Positions 9,495-17,017 of a DNA stretch of 64,000 nt are shown piece by piece. Numbering within the stretch: position 1 is the first letter of the stretch; each line of letters starts with the position of its first letter. Made by a program: the position numbers and the translations under genes. Source of the stretch: Candidatus Parcubacteria bacterium (lineage in GTDB: Bacteria > Patescibacteriota > Minisyncoccia > JACPXH01); the NCBI GenBank assembly GCA_016196625.1, contig JACPXH010000013.1, forward strand, positions 4,516 through 68,515, read 5' to 3'. The notes beneath the pieces were generated by a model. That model was not told the DNA's origin, searched no databases, and saw only the letters and a list, made by a program, of their open reading frames with translations.

Positions 9495-9935
9495 TTAGCC
9501 CTCGACGGTAATGCGGTTGGCCTGGATGATCGAACGACCGATAAGCCTGCCTCGTACGCTCACGCGCTGGCCGGCGGACAGCCTTTCAAACGCGAGTGCG
9601 CCTCCCGCCACGGAAACGATCTGGGTGGACGGGAGAATCTTCACGCCATAGGGGAGTTTGCCCGGGCCAATCCGAAGGGCAAGCATGAATTCTCCGCTAT
9701 ACACCTCTTTCACTGTACCGCGGTACAATGTTCCCACGACTTTCGTGGCTGGTTTTTTGGGTGCTGGTTTTTTAACCACGGGCTTCGCCGAGGCTTTTGG
9801 TTGGACGTTATAAGGTTGCAAAGCCTTGGTGCGAGGAGCCGAGAATGGCGCTTTTGGAGCCGTGGCTGCGAGCGCGGCCATAGCCCCGCCTAACGCGAAT
9901 GCAAGGGTAACCACAAAAATAGCGAATGTTCGCAT
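9495..9935 (-). CDS. Secreted/lipoprotein-like hypothetical protein
   Basis: Internal ATG at 9933-9935 gives MRTFAIFVVTLAFALGGAMAALAA, a signal peptide. The listed N-terminal extension to 10118 runs through REP elements. Confidence 0.5.
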   Translation of the reverse strand: MRTFAIFVVTLAFALGGAMAALAATAPKAPFSAPRTKALQPYNVQPKASAKPVVKKPAPKKPATKVVGTLYRGTVKEVYSGEFMLALRIGPGKLPYGVKILPSTQIVSVAGGALAFERLSAGQRVSVRGRLIGRSIIQANRITVEG

Positions 9936-10040
9936 TGATTCCAGAGTAGCAGATTCTGTGGGGCGGAACAACGATTGACAGTTTAAATGGTCTTGTGTTC
10001 TCTTCGAGGGGGCGCGCAGACCGCGCCTTATCCGCCTTCG

Positions 10041-10117
10041 TGAAACTCCACGGGCAGAGCCCGTGGTCCTCTGCGACGGCGGGCAGAAAACCGCGGGCGT
10101 AAGCCCGCGGAGCTTCA
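10041..10117. repeat. Tandem pair of REP-like hairpin elements (TGAAACTCCACGGGCagaGCCCGTGG... and CCGCGGGCgtaaGCCCGCGGAGCTTCA)
   Basis: Stems CCACGGGC/GCCCGTGG and CCGCGGGC/GCCCGCGG with AGCTTCA flanks. Related copies at 36906, 36998, 37746, 53336 and 63723. Confidence 0.6.
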
Positions 10118-10822
10118 TTTGCTTTCTGGCCCCACGAGGCGCTTCAGATCGGCATAGGTTTTCGGCAGGTCAATGCGCCGGCCATTCACGAAAAACGCCG
10201 GCACGCTCTCGACGCCTGACTTCCGTCCGCTCCGGAGATCGTCCATGATTTTTTTGCGCACGCTCGGGTCGTTGAAGTCTTTGCGAAAGCGCTGGATATC
10301 AAGGCCGAGTTCACGGGCGTACCGTTCAAATTGGACTTCGACACGCGTCGCGCTCTTCCAGTCCGATTGGCGCTCATAGAGTATTTGATAGTAATCCCAG
10401 AACCTTTCCTGTTGGCCAGCCGCTTCGGCCGCAACCGCAGCCGAGCGGGCATTGGGGTGAATGCGATCCAATGGGAAGTGCCGGTAGATAAAGCGGAAGC
10501 GCCCGCCAAAATCTTTTTCAAGCTGATTGGTCGCTTGCCAAAAATTGCGGCAGGCCGGGCACTGGAAGTCGCTATACTCGACGACCGTAACGTGCGCCTC
10601 GGTCGGACCGCGGGTCCAGTCACGCTCGGTTGGCGCAAGCGCCAAGAGTGCGGCGGCGGTCTGCCCTGCGTTAGGCTCGATACGGGAGAGGGAAAATCGC
10701 CAGATGGCCCAAGAGATTGCGACCACAATCAAAACAATGCCCAGCCACAGGGCGTATTTCTTGGCGGATTGAGGCCATTTTCCGTTTGGAGGTTGACCGG
10801 GCATCAACCTTGAGGAAACCAA
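10115..10822 (-). CDS. DsbA-like thioredoxin-fold thiol-disulfide oxidoreductase
   Basis: CxxC active site (FQCPACRNFW) in a thioredoxin-like context. N-terminal TM/signal. Confidence 0.7.
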   Translation of the reverse strand: MVSSRLMPGQPPNGKWPQSAKKYALWLGIVLIVVAISWAIWRFSLSRIEPNAGQTAAALLALAPTERDWTRGPTEAHVTVVEYSDFQCPACRNFWQATNQLEKDFGGRFRFIYRHFPLDRIHPNARSAAVAAEAAGQQERFWDYYQILYERQSDWKSATRVEVQFERYARELGLDIQRFRKDFNDPSVRKKIMDDLRSGRKSGVESVPAFFVNGRRIDLPKTYADLKRLVGPESK

Positions 10823-10911
10823 AAACAGCCGCCGCGGTCAATCCATCACCGCTCGGGCTAAAGCCCGACCTAGTCCGACCGGACGGTCTGGGAGGCTCGC
10901 CCTTTAGGGTT

Positions 10912-11085
10912 TCAGCGCTTTCGCTTCTTGGCCTTTTTCTTTGCCTTGCGTCCGAATTCCCAAGGTTCGTTGGCCGCCTTAAAGAATCGGTCGAGCCAGC
11001 GCTTGGTTAGGTCATCGCCGTGTCTAAAGCGCGGTCCCCGCCGGACGCGCTTCTTTGGGGTGGCGGCTTTTCGGCGTGCAGCCAT
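10912..11085 (-). CDS. Small, highly basic hypothetical protein (57 aa from the ATG at 11083-11085)
   Basis: MAARRKAATPKKRVRRGPRFRH...KAKKKAKKRKR. Lys/Arg-rich. Confidence 0.35.
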   Translation of the reverse strand: MAARRKAATPKKRVRRGPRFRHGDDLTKRWLDRFFKAANEPWEFGRKAKKKAKKRKR

Positions 11086-11196
11086 ATGCAAAGATCGGAT
11101 GTAAAATGAGCTAAATATAGAAAGGTATATTATACCGCAGATCGCGAAACCCCGACACAAAAATCATCCACAGGGGCTCCGTCTGCAGGGCAAGAG

Positions 11197-11766
11197 CTAC
11201 CGGTACTGTTCGTATTCGTAGACAGGCTCTGGTTCGGTGTCGGATTCGATTGCCGGTTCTGGTTCAACCTCCGCCGCGCGGCGTTTGCCCGGCATCAACC
11301 AATAGCCGTAGAGAACCGCCAACGCAAGAACGTTGGGGATGAAAATGAGGGGGTGCGACCACGAGATGCCGGCAAAACGCATATCGGAAACTGGCCAGAG
11401 GAACGGCGTCGGAAAGAATTGTTCGGAATGCGTGAAGATGTCAAAGAGAACATGCAGCCCCCACGCCGACATCTCCCAGAGCGGCCTTTTACGGATGAAC
11501 CAGACGAGGAGAAATACTGCTGCGAAGATTACCAGGCTGTGGCTCAAGTTATAGAGTTCGAGAACATACGGCGGGATAAAGCTCGGGTCAGGGTGCCCAA
11601 AAGTAAATTGGGGCCAGGGTGCAAATCCGAGAATGACCCGCGCGGACAAGAGTCCGAACGCAAAAAGATCGGGAGCCATCCCGAACAGGACCGCAAGCCA
11701 GAAACGCTTTTTATCTGTTCTGCCAAAGGCGATCCCTCCCCACAGCCCATGCGAAATGATATCCAT
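11197..11766 (-). CDS. Membrane-bound metal-dependent hydrolase-like protein (YdjM/DUF457-like)
   Basis: Starts MDIISHGLWGG (ATG at 11764-11766). Multiple TM helices and an acidic C-terminal tail. The listed N-terminal extension is likely spurious. Confidence 0.5.
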   Translation of the reverse strand: MDIISHGLWGGIAFGRTDKKRFWLAVLFGMAPDLFAFGLLSARVILGFAPWPQFTFGHPDPSFIPPYVLELYNLSHSLVIFAAVFLLVWFIRKRPLWEMSAWGLHVLFDIFTHSEQFFPTPFLWPVSDMRFAGISWSHPLIFIPNVLALAVLYGYWLMPGKRRAAEVEPEPAIESDTEPEPVYEYEQYR

Positions 11767-11836
11767 AGCGTGGAGTCCGGCGTTGCAGTCTATGATACAG
11801 GACGGGGGCGGTATGCCGTCAAGGAATCCTTTGATA

Positions 11837-12448
11837 CTAGAACCCCAGTGCTTCGTTGACGAGAATGATTCGCGCTCTGCCGGCTTGCCCTTCCCGGTTG
11901 ATGATAAGTAGTTTGTTGACTGAACTGCCCGCGACGCCATAGGCCCTGCGGGCCCGTTCGCTCTCAAGTGGCAGGGCATATTCGTATATGCGCTTGAGGC
12001 CTGCCGCGGTGTCTTTGACGATTTTGTTCGTGCCGGCAATCCAAACTACGTTCGCCGCACCGTAGGCGTACGCGGGCAGCTGGCTGCCCGAGGCCGACGC
12101 AATCATAACATGGCCGTCTTCGGTGACGGCATGGACGCTGCCCACCGTCCACTGGGGAGCGGCTGCGAGTTTTCGCATCTCGGCGCCCTGCGTTTGGGGG
12201 TCCAGGGCCGCAAAGCGTTTACGGATTGAGTCGTACCTCCCCGATTCGAAAAATTCTTTGTCCGCGCCGACGGCATCCAGCGTAACCGAGGTCATGGTCA
12301 TGACTTCGGCCCCGGCGGGAATCATTTCGAAAAGTTTGGCCTTGGCTTGAGCCGCGTTCTCAACGGTGTGAGCTTCAATGCCGTTGGCGGTGAGTGCGGC
12401 GGCGGTTCGGGCGGTTATGTCCTGGGAAGCAGGTTGAGTGTAATCCAT
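11837..12448 (-). CDS. LUD-domain (LutC/YkgG-like) protein
   Basis: About 200-aa protein. Its overall pattern and C-terminus (VNKLLIINREGQAGRARIILVN) match the DUF162/LUD family. Confidence 0.5.
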   Translation of the reverse strand: MDYTQPASQDITARTAAALTANGIEAHTVENAAQAKAKLFEMIPAGAEVMTMTSVTLDAVGADKEFFESGRYDSIRKRFAALDPQTQGAEMRKLAAAPQWTVGSVHAVTEDGHVMIASASGSQLPAYAYGAANVVWIAGTNKIVKDTAAGLKRIYEYALPLESERARRAYGVAGSSVNKLLIINREGQAGRARIILVNEALGF

Positions 12449-12502
12449 AGTGTTGATGTAAGATTTTCGAACGTTGTTTACCTAAAAGTACTGCCGGTCT
12501 TA

Positions 12503-12632
12503 CCCCAAGCGCGCGAACTCCCGCTTCGCGAAAATCCCCAGCGAGCCCCATACAACAACTAGTTGTTGTATACGGGGCGAGGATTTTCGCTGGCCCTCGG
12601 CCCCAGATCCCGCGGAGAGCTCGCGCTTGGTG
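12503..12632. repeat. About 130-bp imperfect palindrome with a perfect 20-bp core (TACAACAACTAGTTGTTGTA, 12551-12570)
   Basis: Arms GCGAAAATCCCCAGCGAGCCCCA / TACGGGGCGAGGATTTTCGC and CCCCAAGCGCG / CGCGCTTGG read from the sequence. Lies between the arsR stop and the LUD-gene start. Confidence 0.5.
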
Positions 12633-12668
12633 TAAACAGCGCTGGGATTTCTTACAGATTTAATTTAG

Positions 12669-12962
12669 TTACCTCCGGCGGCGGCATTTCTTAATGTTCT
12701 CGGCAAACCTGGCCAGCATTTGAAGCAAGTATTCGGTGTTGAGCGAATAGAACACTTCAATTCCGCGTTTTTCGTCCGCCACCAAACTGCAGGCTTTGAG
12801 AGTTTTGAGGTGTTGGGAAACAGCCGGTTGAGACAGTTTGGCCACCCGTATGAGTTGGCTGACCGACCGCGGTCCCCGCATGAGGGCTTCCAGCATCCGG
12901 TAGCGGGCAGCGTTCTCAATGCCCCGGCCAAGCTTGCGTATTTCGTCGCAGAAGCTCTGCAT
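12669..12962 (-). CDS. ArsR/SmtB-family transcriptional regulator
   Basis: wHTH pattern RMLEALMRGPRSVSQLIRVAKLSQPAVSQHLKTLK. Confidence 0.8.
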   Translation of the reverse strand: MQSFCDEIRKLGRGIENAARYRMLEALMRGPRSVSQLIRVAKLSQPAVSQHLKTLKACSLVADEKRGIEVFYSLNTEYLLQMLARFAENIKKCRRRR

Positions 12963-13057
12963 TATAAATCAGTATATTCGGATAAGCTTATGTGTCAATG
13001 GGGATAACTTTAAACGCCCCGGGTGAAGGCCCGGGACTTTCTGTCTATGACAGCACG

Positions 13058-13810
13058 CTAAAGGTAATTCAGTAACCGGTCGTACTGAATGAAGTTGAAG
13101 AGGCGGTAGCCGTAGGCTATGAGGACATAGGTTTTTCCGGTCACGAGAAGTATGCCCAGTAAAACGAGAAAGATGCCGCCAACCACCGAGACCACGTGGA
13201 GGTAGCGCGATACTTGTGCGAGGTAGGCGCTTGCGCTGCCGATACCCAGAGCGATCGTGAGGAACGGTACGGCAAGCCCCAAAGAGAATATCGCCAACAG
13301 GAGTGCGCCCTGCCCGGCGGTCGCCGCGGTTGAAGCCAGGAACAGGATCGAACCTAAAATCGGCCCCACGCAAGGCGTCCAGCCAAAACCGAATGCCGCC
13401 CCCAACACGAGGGAGCTCATCGGTTTGCCTCGCTTAAAGAGCGCAGGCACCCGCAAGCGTCTTGCCCGGGCCAAAAAAGGAATGCGCAACACGCCCAGCA
13501 TAAAGAGTCCAAAGATGATCACGAATACGCCGGCGATGCGGGTAAGCCAGATGCGGTATGGTAAGAGTCCCCGTCCGGCAAGACCTGCGGCCGTGCCGAA
13601 GAAGATAAACACTAAACTGAACCCGAGGACGAAAAGGAGGCCATTGAGAAAAATCTTTAGCCGCAGCCGCGCTGCTTTCTCGGAGGTTTGCAAATCGTCT
13701 AGAGAGACTCCGCTGATAAAGCCAAGATATCCCGGCACTAATGGGAGCGTGCAGGGCGCCAGAAAGGTAAGGAGGCCGGCCATGAAGGCCGGGGCGAGGA
13801 GCTCCCCCAT
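13058..13810 (-). CDS. ccdA: Cytochrome c-type biogenesis protein CcdA / DsbD-like thiol-disulfide transporter
   Basis: Conserved Cys pair in TM helices (LAPCTLPLVPGY ... GFGWTPCVGPILGSIL). Confidence 0.75.
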   Translation of the reverse strand: MGELLAPAFMAGLLTFLAPCTLPLVPGYLGFISGVSLDDLQTSEKAARLRLKIFLNGLLFVLGFSLVFIFFGTAAGLAGRGLLPYRIWLTRIAGVFVIIFGLFMLGVLRIPFLARARRLRVPALFKRGKPMSSLVLGAAFGFGWTPCVGPILGSILFLASTAATAGQGALLLAIFSLGLAVPFLTIALGIGSASAYLAQVSRYLHVVSVVGGIFLVLLGILLVTGKTYVLIAYGYRLFNFIQYDRLLNYL

Positions 13811-13813
13811 GCC

Positions 13814-13993
13814 TTAGGACGCGGCCGAGCTATCCGTTGGCGGGAGCCCGTACTTGATTATTTCGAGGTTGCAGCTGCGGTGTTCTCGGCACCACGCCTC
13901 GCAGCGCTGCGCGAGGTCTTCGGTCGGATACCGGAAGCCGCAGGCCTCGCAGGCAAAGAGCGTGCGATTCTGATCGGTGAGCGTTTTGACCAT
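13814..13993 (-). CDS. Small Cys-rich (zinc-ribbon-like) hypothetical protein, 59 aa
   Basis: ATG at 13991-13993 lies 4 nt after the DEAD-box stop. MVKTLTDQNRTLFACEACGFRYP...CEAWCREHRSC. Only the C-terminal portion of the listed 233-aa ORF is judged real. Confidence 0.4.
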   Translation of the reverse strand: MVKTLTDQNRTLFACEACGFRYPTEDLAQRCEAWCREHRSCNLEIIKYGLPPTDSSAAS

Positions 13994-13997
13994 AGAT

Positions 13998-15452
13998 TTA
14001 AGATTTACCCAACGCACCACAAGGCCATCGTCTCCTGCTCGCCTCGCTTCGCGGGCGAAGCGGGCCGGTGGATGAATGGTTGGTGCGTAGGCCTTCGGTG
14101 CGGGGTTCCGCCCCGCCACCGAAATACGAGGTGCCGCCGACTCCCGTCGGCGGGGCTCCACGGTGATGCGGATGGCCGCCAAAGCGGGTGCGGCTGACGC
14201 GGTGGATGGGGCGTTGCAGCGGGTGATGGGTGCGGGCCGGCGGGAGCTCGGGGAGCTTTGATACGGGCAGAGACTTTCGGATGAGCCGTTCAATGCTGCG
14301 AACTTCGCGCTGTTCTTCAGGCAGCACGAACGATATGGCGTGCCCCTCGGCCCCGGCCCGGGCCGTGCGGCCGATCCGGTGAACGTAGTCTTCTGAATGC
14401 GCCGGCAAGTCGTAGTTGAGCACGAGTTCAATCCCCTGTACGTCAATGCCGCGCGCCGCAATGTCGGTAGCCACAAGCACCCGGTATTTACCCGACTTAA
14501 ACCCGTCCAGCGCATCGCGCCGCTGCCCGAGCGAGCGGTTGGAGTGAATTTCGGCCGCGCTGTGGCTCATGGCGCGTACAGCCTTGGTCACGCGTTTGGC
14601 GCCGTATTTCGTACGGGTGAATACCAGCGCCGACCCGGTGTGTTCCGTGAGGATAATCTCGAGCAGGCGGTTTTTCGCTTCGCGCTTTACGATGAAGAGC
14701 TCTTGAGTCACGCGTTCAACCGTGGTGCCGGAAGGTGCGATTTCAATGCGAACGGGGAGTTTCATGTTGGCCGTTGCGACCCTCATGATTGCCGGCGAGA
14801 GCGTGGCCGAAAACAACATGGTCTGGCGATCTTTGGGAACGGCCTGGAGGATTTTTTGGACTTGCGGCAGAAACCCCATGTCGAGCATGCGGTCGGCTTC
14901 GTCGAGGACGAGCATATGGACGTTTCCGAGCGTTACCGTTTTCTGATTCAGGTGGTCAATCAACCGGCCGGGGGTGGCAACGATAATGTGGGGGTTCTTC
15001 CCAATCGCTTGGATCTGCGGCTTCATGGAAGCGCCGCCGATTAAAACCGCTGTGCGCAGCCCGAGTGAGCGGCCGACCGCGTGAAGCATCTCATCAACTT
15101 GGAGCGCCAGTTCTCGCGTGGGCACCAGAACAAGGCCTCGCCCTTTGGTTCGGGCGAGGATTTGAATCATGGGGATACCGAAGGCGAGAGTCTTGCCGGT
15201 TCCAGTTTGCGCCACGCCCACAACGTCTTTGCCCTGCATGGCAATCGGAATCGCTTGACGCTGAATCGGGGTCGGGGTCGCATAGCGGAGCTGTGCGAGA
15301 ATCTCAAGAATTCCCGGCGCGATGCCAAGACCGTAGAAACCAGAAGCGGGTGGTTGGACTGGTTGCCTCATGGAATCATCGGGGCCGATTGGTCTGCGAT
15401 TATCGGGAGCATCACGAGAACCTCTGTGTGGCGTTTGTAAAATTCCACGCAC
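13998..15452 (-). CDS. DEAD-box ATP-dependent RNA helicase with a Gly-rich C-terminal tail
   Basis: Q motif and motif I (PTPIQRQAIP...AQTGTGKT), DEAD, SAT and HRIGRTAR motifs. The last roughly 50 codons are encoded by repeat element A (14006-14161). Confidence 0.85.
   Translation of the reverse strand: MRGILQTPHRGSRDAPDNRRPIGPDDSMRQPVQPPASGFYGLGIAPGILEILAQLRYATPTPIQRQAIPIAMQGKDVVGVAQTGTGKTLAFGIPMIQILARTKGRGLVLVPTRELALQVDEMLHAVGRSLGLRTAVLIGGASMKPQIQAIGKNPHIIVATPGRLIDHLNQKTVTLGNVHMLVLDEADRMLDMGFLPQVQKILQAVPKDRQTMLFSATLSPAIMRVATANMKLPVRIEIAPSGTTVERVTQELFIVKREAKNRLLEIILTEHTGSALVFTRTKYGAKRVTKAVRAMSHSAAEIHSNRSLGQRRDALDGFKSGKYRVLVATDIAARGIDVQGIELVLNYDLPAHSEDYVHRIGRTARAGAEGHAISFVLPEEQREVRSIERLIRKSLPVSKLPELPPARTHHPLQRPIHRVSRTRFGGHPHHRGAPPTGVGGTSYFGGGAEPRTEGLRTNHSSTGPLRPRSEASRRRWPCGALGKS
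14006..14161. repeat. Hairpin-rich repeat element, copy A (156 nt), in-frame inside the 3' end of the DEAD-box helicase CDS
   Basis: About 95% identical to 40600-40728 apart from a 27-nt insertion. Contains a 13-bp stem (CTTCGGTGCGGGG ttcc GCCCCGCCACCGAAG) and an 8-bp stem (CCGCCGAC tccc GTCGGCGG). Confidence 0.6.
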
Positions 15453-15796
15453 GGCCTCGCGGGATCTCGCTTACAACTTCGGGCAAGCTCGTCGAACGCG
15501 GGGCCAACCTGACGAACGATATCCCGATAGTCCCCCACAATCGTGGTATACGCATACGCTCCGCCCTGGATGACTCCGCGATCCATGCTTTGAGTTGAAT
15601 CTTGGTTCGTTTCGCTTAGCGCCACACAGGCGCGGTATTCATTCTTACTTTCGTCAAAAACTCCGTAAAATTTGTTTCCCTTGAGCGGCACTCTTTGCTC
15701 AAGCTCCCAGAAGGCCTGTCCTGCAACGACTGCAGGATGGCCCCTTTTTTGTACATACGCTATCGGGATATCTTCGATCGTTTTGACTTGAAACAT
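15368..15796 (-). CDS. GyrI-like small-molecule-binding domain protein
   Basis: About 140 aa with a GyrI/AraC effector-binding-like pattern (fold inference). SD AGGAGGGA 7 nt upstream of the ATG. Confidence 0.5.
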   Translation of the reverse strand: MFQVKTIEDIPIAYVQKRGHPAVVAGQAFWELEQRVPLKGNKFYGVFDESKNEYRACVALSETNQDSTQSMDRGVIQGGAYAYTTIVGDYRDIVRQVGPAFDELARSCKRDPARPCVEFYKRHTEVLVMLPIIADQSAPMIP

Positions 15797-15982
15797 GGCT
15801 GTCCCTCCTGAACAAAATCCGACCTGCCCTCCGAAACTTTAGTGAAGGAGGGACTTTTTATCAAAAGAATCCTGACGACTGACCTCCTCGTTGCGCTCGG
15901 CGGAAAGCCCGGGCTGGAACCTGCCAAGGTAAGAGCGTCCCTCGACTTTGCTTCGGGTTAAGCCTAGAACCTCGTCTGATGT

Positions 15983-16213
15983 CTATTTTTCGTGATGTGT
16001 AGTATGCCAGTCCATAAATCTCTTGCGGTGTTTATCGATGGACCAGCCATCCCCGCTTTTAAAAAGCGGCCGGTAAGCCATCTGGAATTCTCGCAAAGCT
16101 TTTCCTGAAGCGCGAGGGAATCCGACGGGCAGGGTTTTGTTATAGACTTCAGCAAAGCTCGCAAGCGAGGTCAATGCTTTGTTTGCTTCTTGTTTTAAGT
16201 CTCGTCGTATCAT
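15983..16213 (-). CDS. Hypothetical protein
   Basis: 76-aa ORF. No motif recognised. Confidence 0.3.
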   Translation of the reverse strand: MIRRDLKQEANKALTSLASFAEVYNKTLPVGFPRASGKALREFQMAYRPLFKSGDGWSIDKHRKRFMDWHTTHHEK

Positions 16214-16242
16214 AGGATTTTAGTGTAGCATATTTGATATGG

Positions 16243-16276
16243 AAAAACCACTCCGGCGTACGCCGGAGTGGTTTTT
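16243..16276. terminator. Bidirectional rho-independent terminator (AAAAACCACTCCGGCG ta CGCCGGAGTGGTTTTT)
   Basis: Perfect 11-bp GC-rich stem flanked by an A5 run on one side and a T5 run on the other. Immediately downstream of cspA. Confidence 0.7.
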
Positions 16277-16291
16277 GATTGAATCGGCGCC

Positions 16292-16486
16292 CTAGACGCG
16301 CTTCACATGTTTTGCGGCTGGGCCTTTTTCACCTTCAACAACTTCAAAGCTGACGGCATCGCCAACCTTGAGTTCGTCGTAAGTGACGCCTTCCAAATCC
16401 GTGGAGTGGAAGAAAAGATCCTTGGCCTCGCCTTCGCGAGCGATGAATCCGAATCCGTTCTTTAGCGTTTTAATGGTTCCTTGCAT
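16292..16486 (-). CDS. cspA: Cold-shock protein (CspA family)
   Basis: RNP motifs KNGFGFI and DLFFHSTD. 64 aa. Confidence 0.9.
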   Translation of the reverse strand: MQGTIKTLKNGFGFIAREGEAKDLFFHSTDLEGVTYDELKVGDAVSFEVVEGEKGPAAKHVKRV

Positions 16487-16580
16487 AACTTCTTAATATT
16501 CCCAAGATTAAAGAGATCCGACCATATCTCTTATTACTAAGTATATCTTACATTCAATCTCAAGTGAAGTCTAGGCCCCC

Positions 16581-16769
16581 TTACCGGCGCCTCGCTTTCG
16601 TGCGCCCCGATTCGTTCAAATGTTGCCTACGCAACTGAAGGCTCTTCGGAGTAATTCCCAAATACTCATCCTCGGCCATGACTTCAAGTCCGCCTTCAAT
16701 ACTAAGTTCAAAGGGCGGCACAAGATCAATCGCTTCATCCGATTTTAAAACCTTCCGCGTGCCAGATCC
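16581..16769 (-). pseudogene. typA: Remnant of the 3' end of typA/bipA (GTPase)
   Basis: Start-less ORF fragment GSGTRKVLKSDEAIDLVPPFELSIEGGLEVMAEDEYLGITPKSLQLRRQHLNESGRTKARRR resembles the TypA C-terminus (..PP..SLE.A.E....DE.VEVTP.SIRLRK..L.E..R.RA). An upstream in-frame stop and a frameshift are present, and no N-terminal 500+ aa remain. Confidence 0.45.
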
Positions 16770-16924
16770 TCACCGAGGCGACCTTTCCGATTCATATTTT
16801 GTGCACTTCCTCATCCTTAAAGGATTCGTCAGCGCCTCCTTCTTTTTTATTTTAGTGGGCCGAAGGCCTCATCGAGCCTGAAGATCTCAGGGCCGAATGG
16901 CCTGATGAGCGAAGCGAAGAAGGG

Positions 16925-16996
16925 CTGCGGGGGAAGGAGTCGAACCTTCATACCGGGATTCAAAGTCCCGTGTCCTACCGTTAGACGACCCCGCAA
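16925..16996 (-). tRNA. tRNA-Gln (anticodon UUG)
   Basis: Cloverleaf folded by hand: acceptor TGCGGGG/CCCCGCA, D-arm GTCT-AACGGTA-GGAC, anticodon arm CGGGA-CTTTGAA-TCCCG, T-arm GAAGG-TTCGACT-CCTTC. No CCA is encoded. Confidence 0.8.
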
Positions 16997-17017
16997 TGTG
17001 AGTACAGTACGTCCAGT

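Noticed and set aside
13814-14515. 233-aa minus-strand ORF
   Set aside because: Overlaps the DEAD-box helicase out of frame and has Arg/Pro-rich junk composition. Only the last 59 codons (13814-13993), with their own ATG, are retained.
16819-16851. Plus-strand terminator (T-run TTCTTTTTTATTTTA)
   Set aside because: The preceding stem is only 5-6 bp with a 12-nt loop, and no plus-strand gene ends there.
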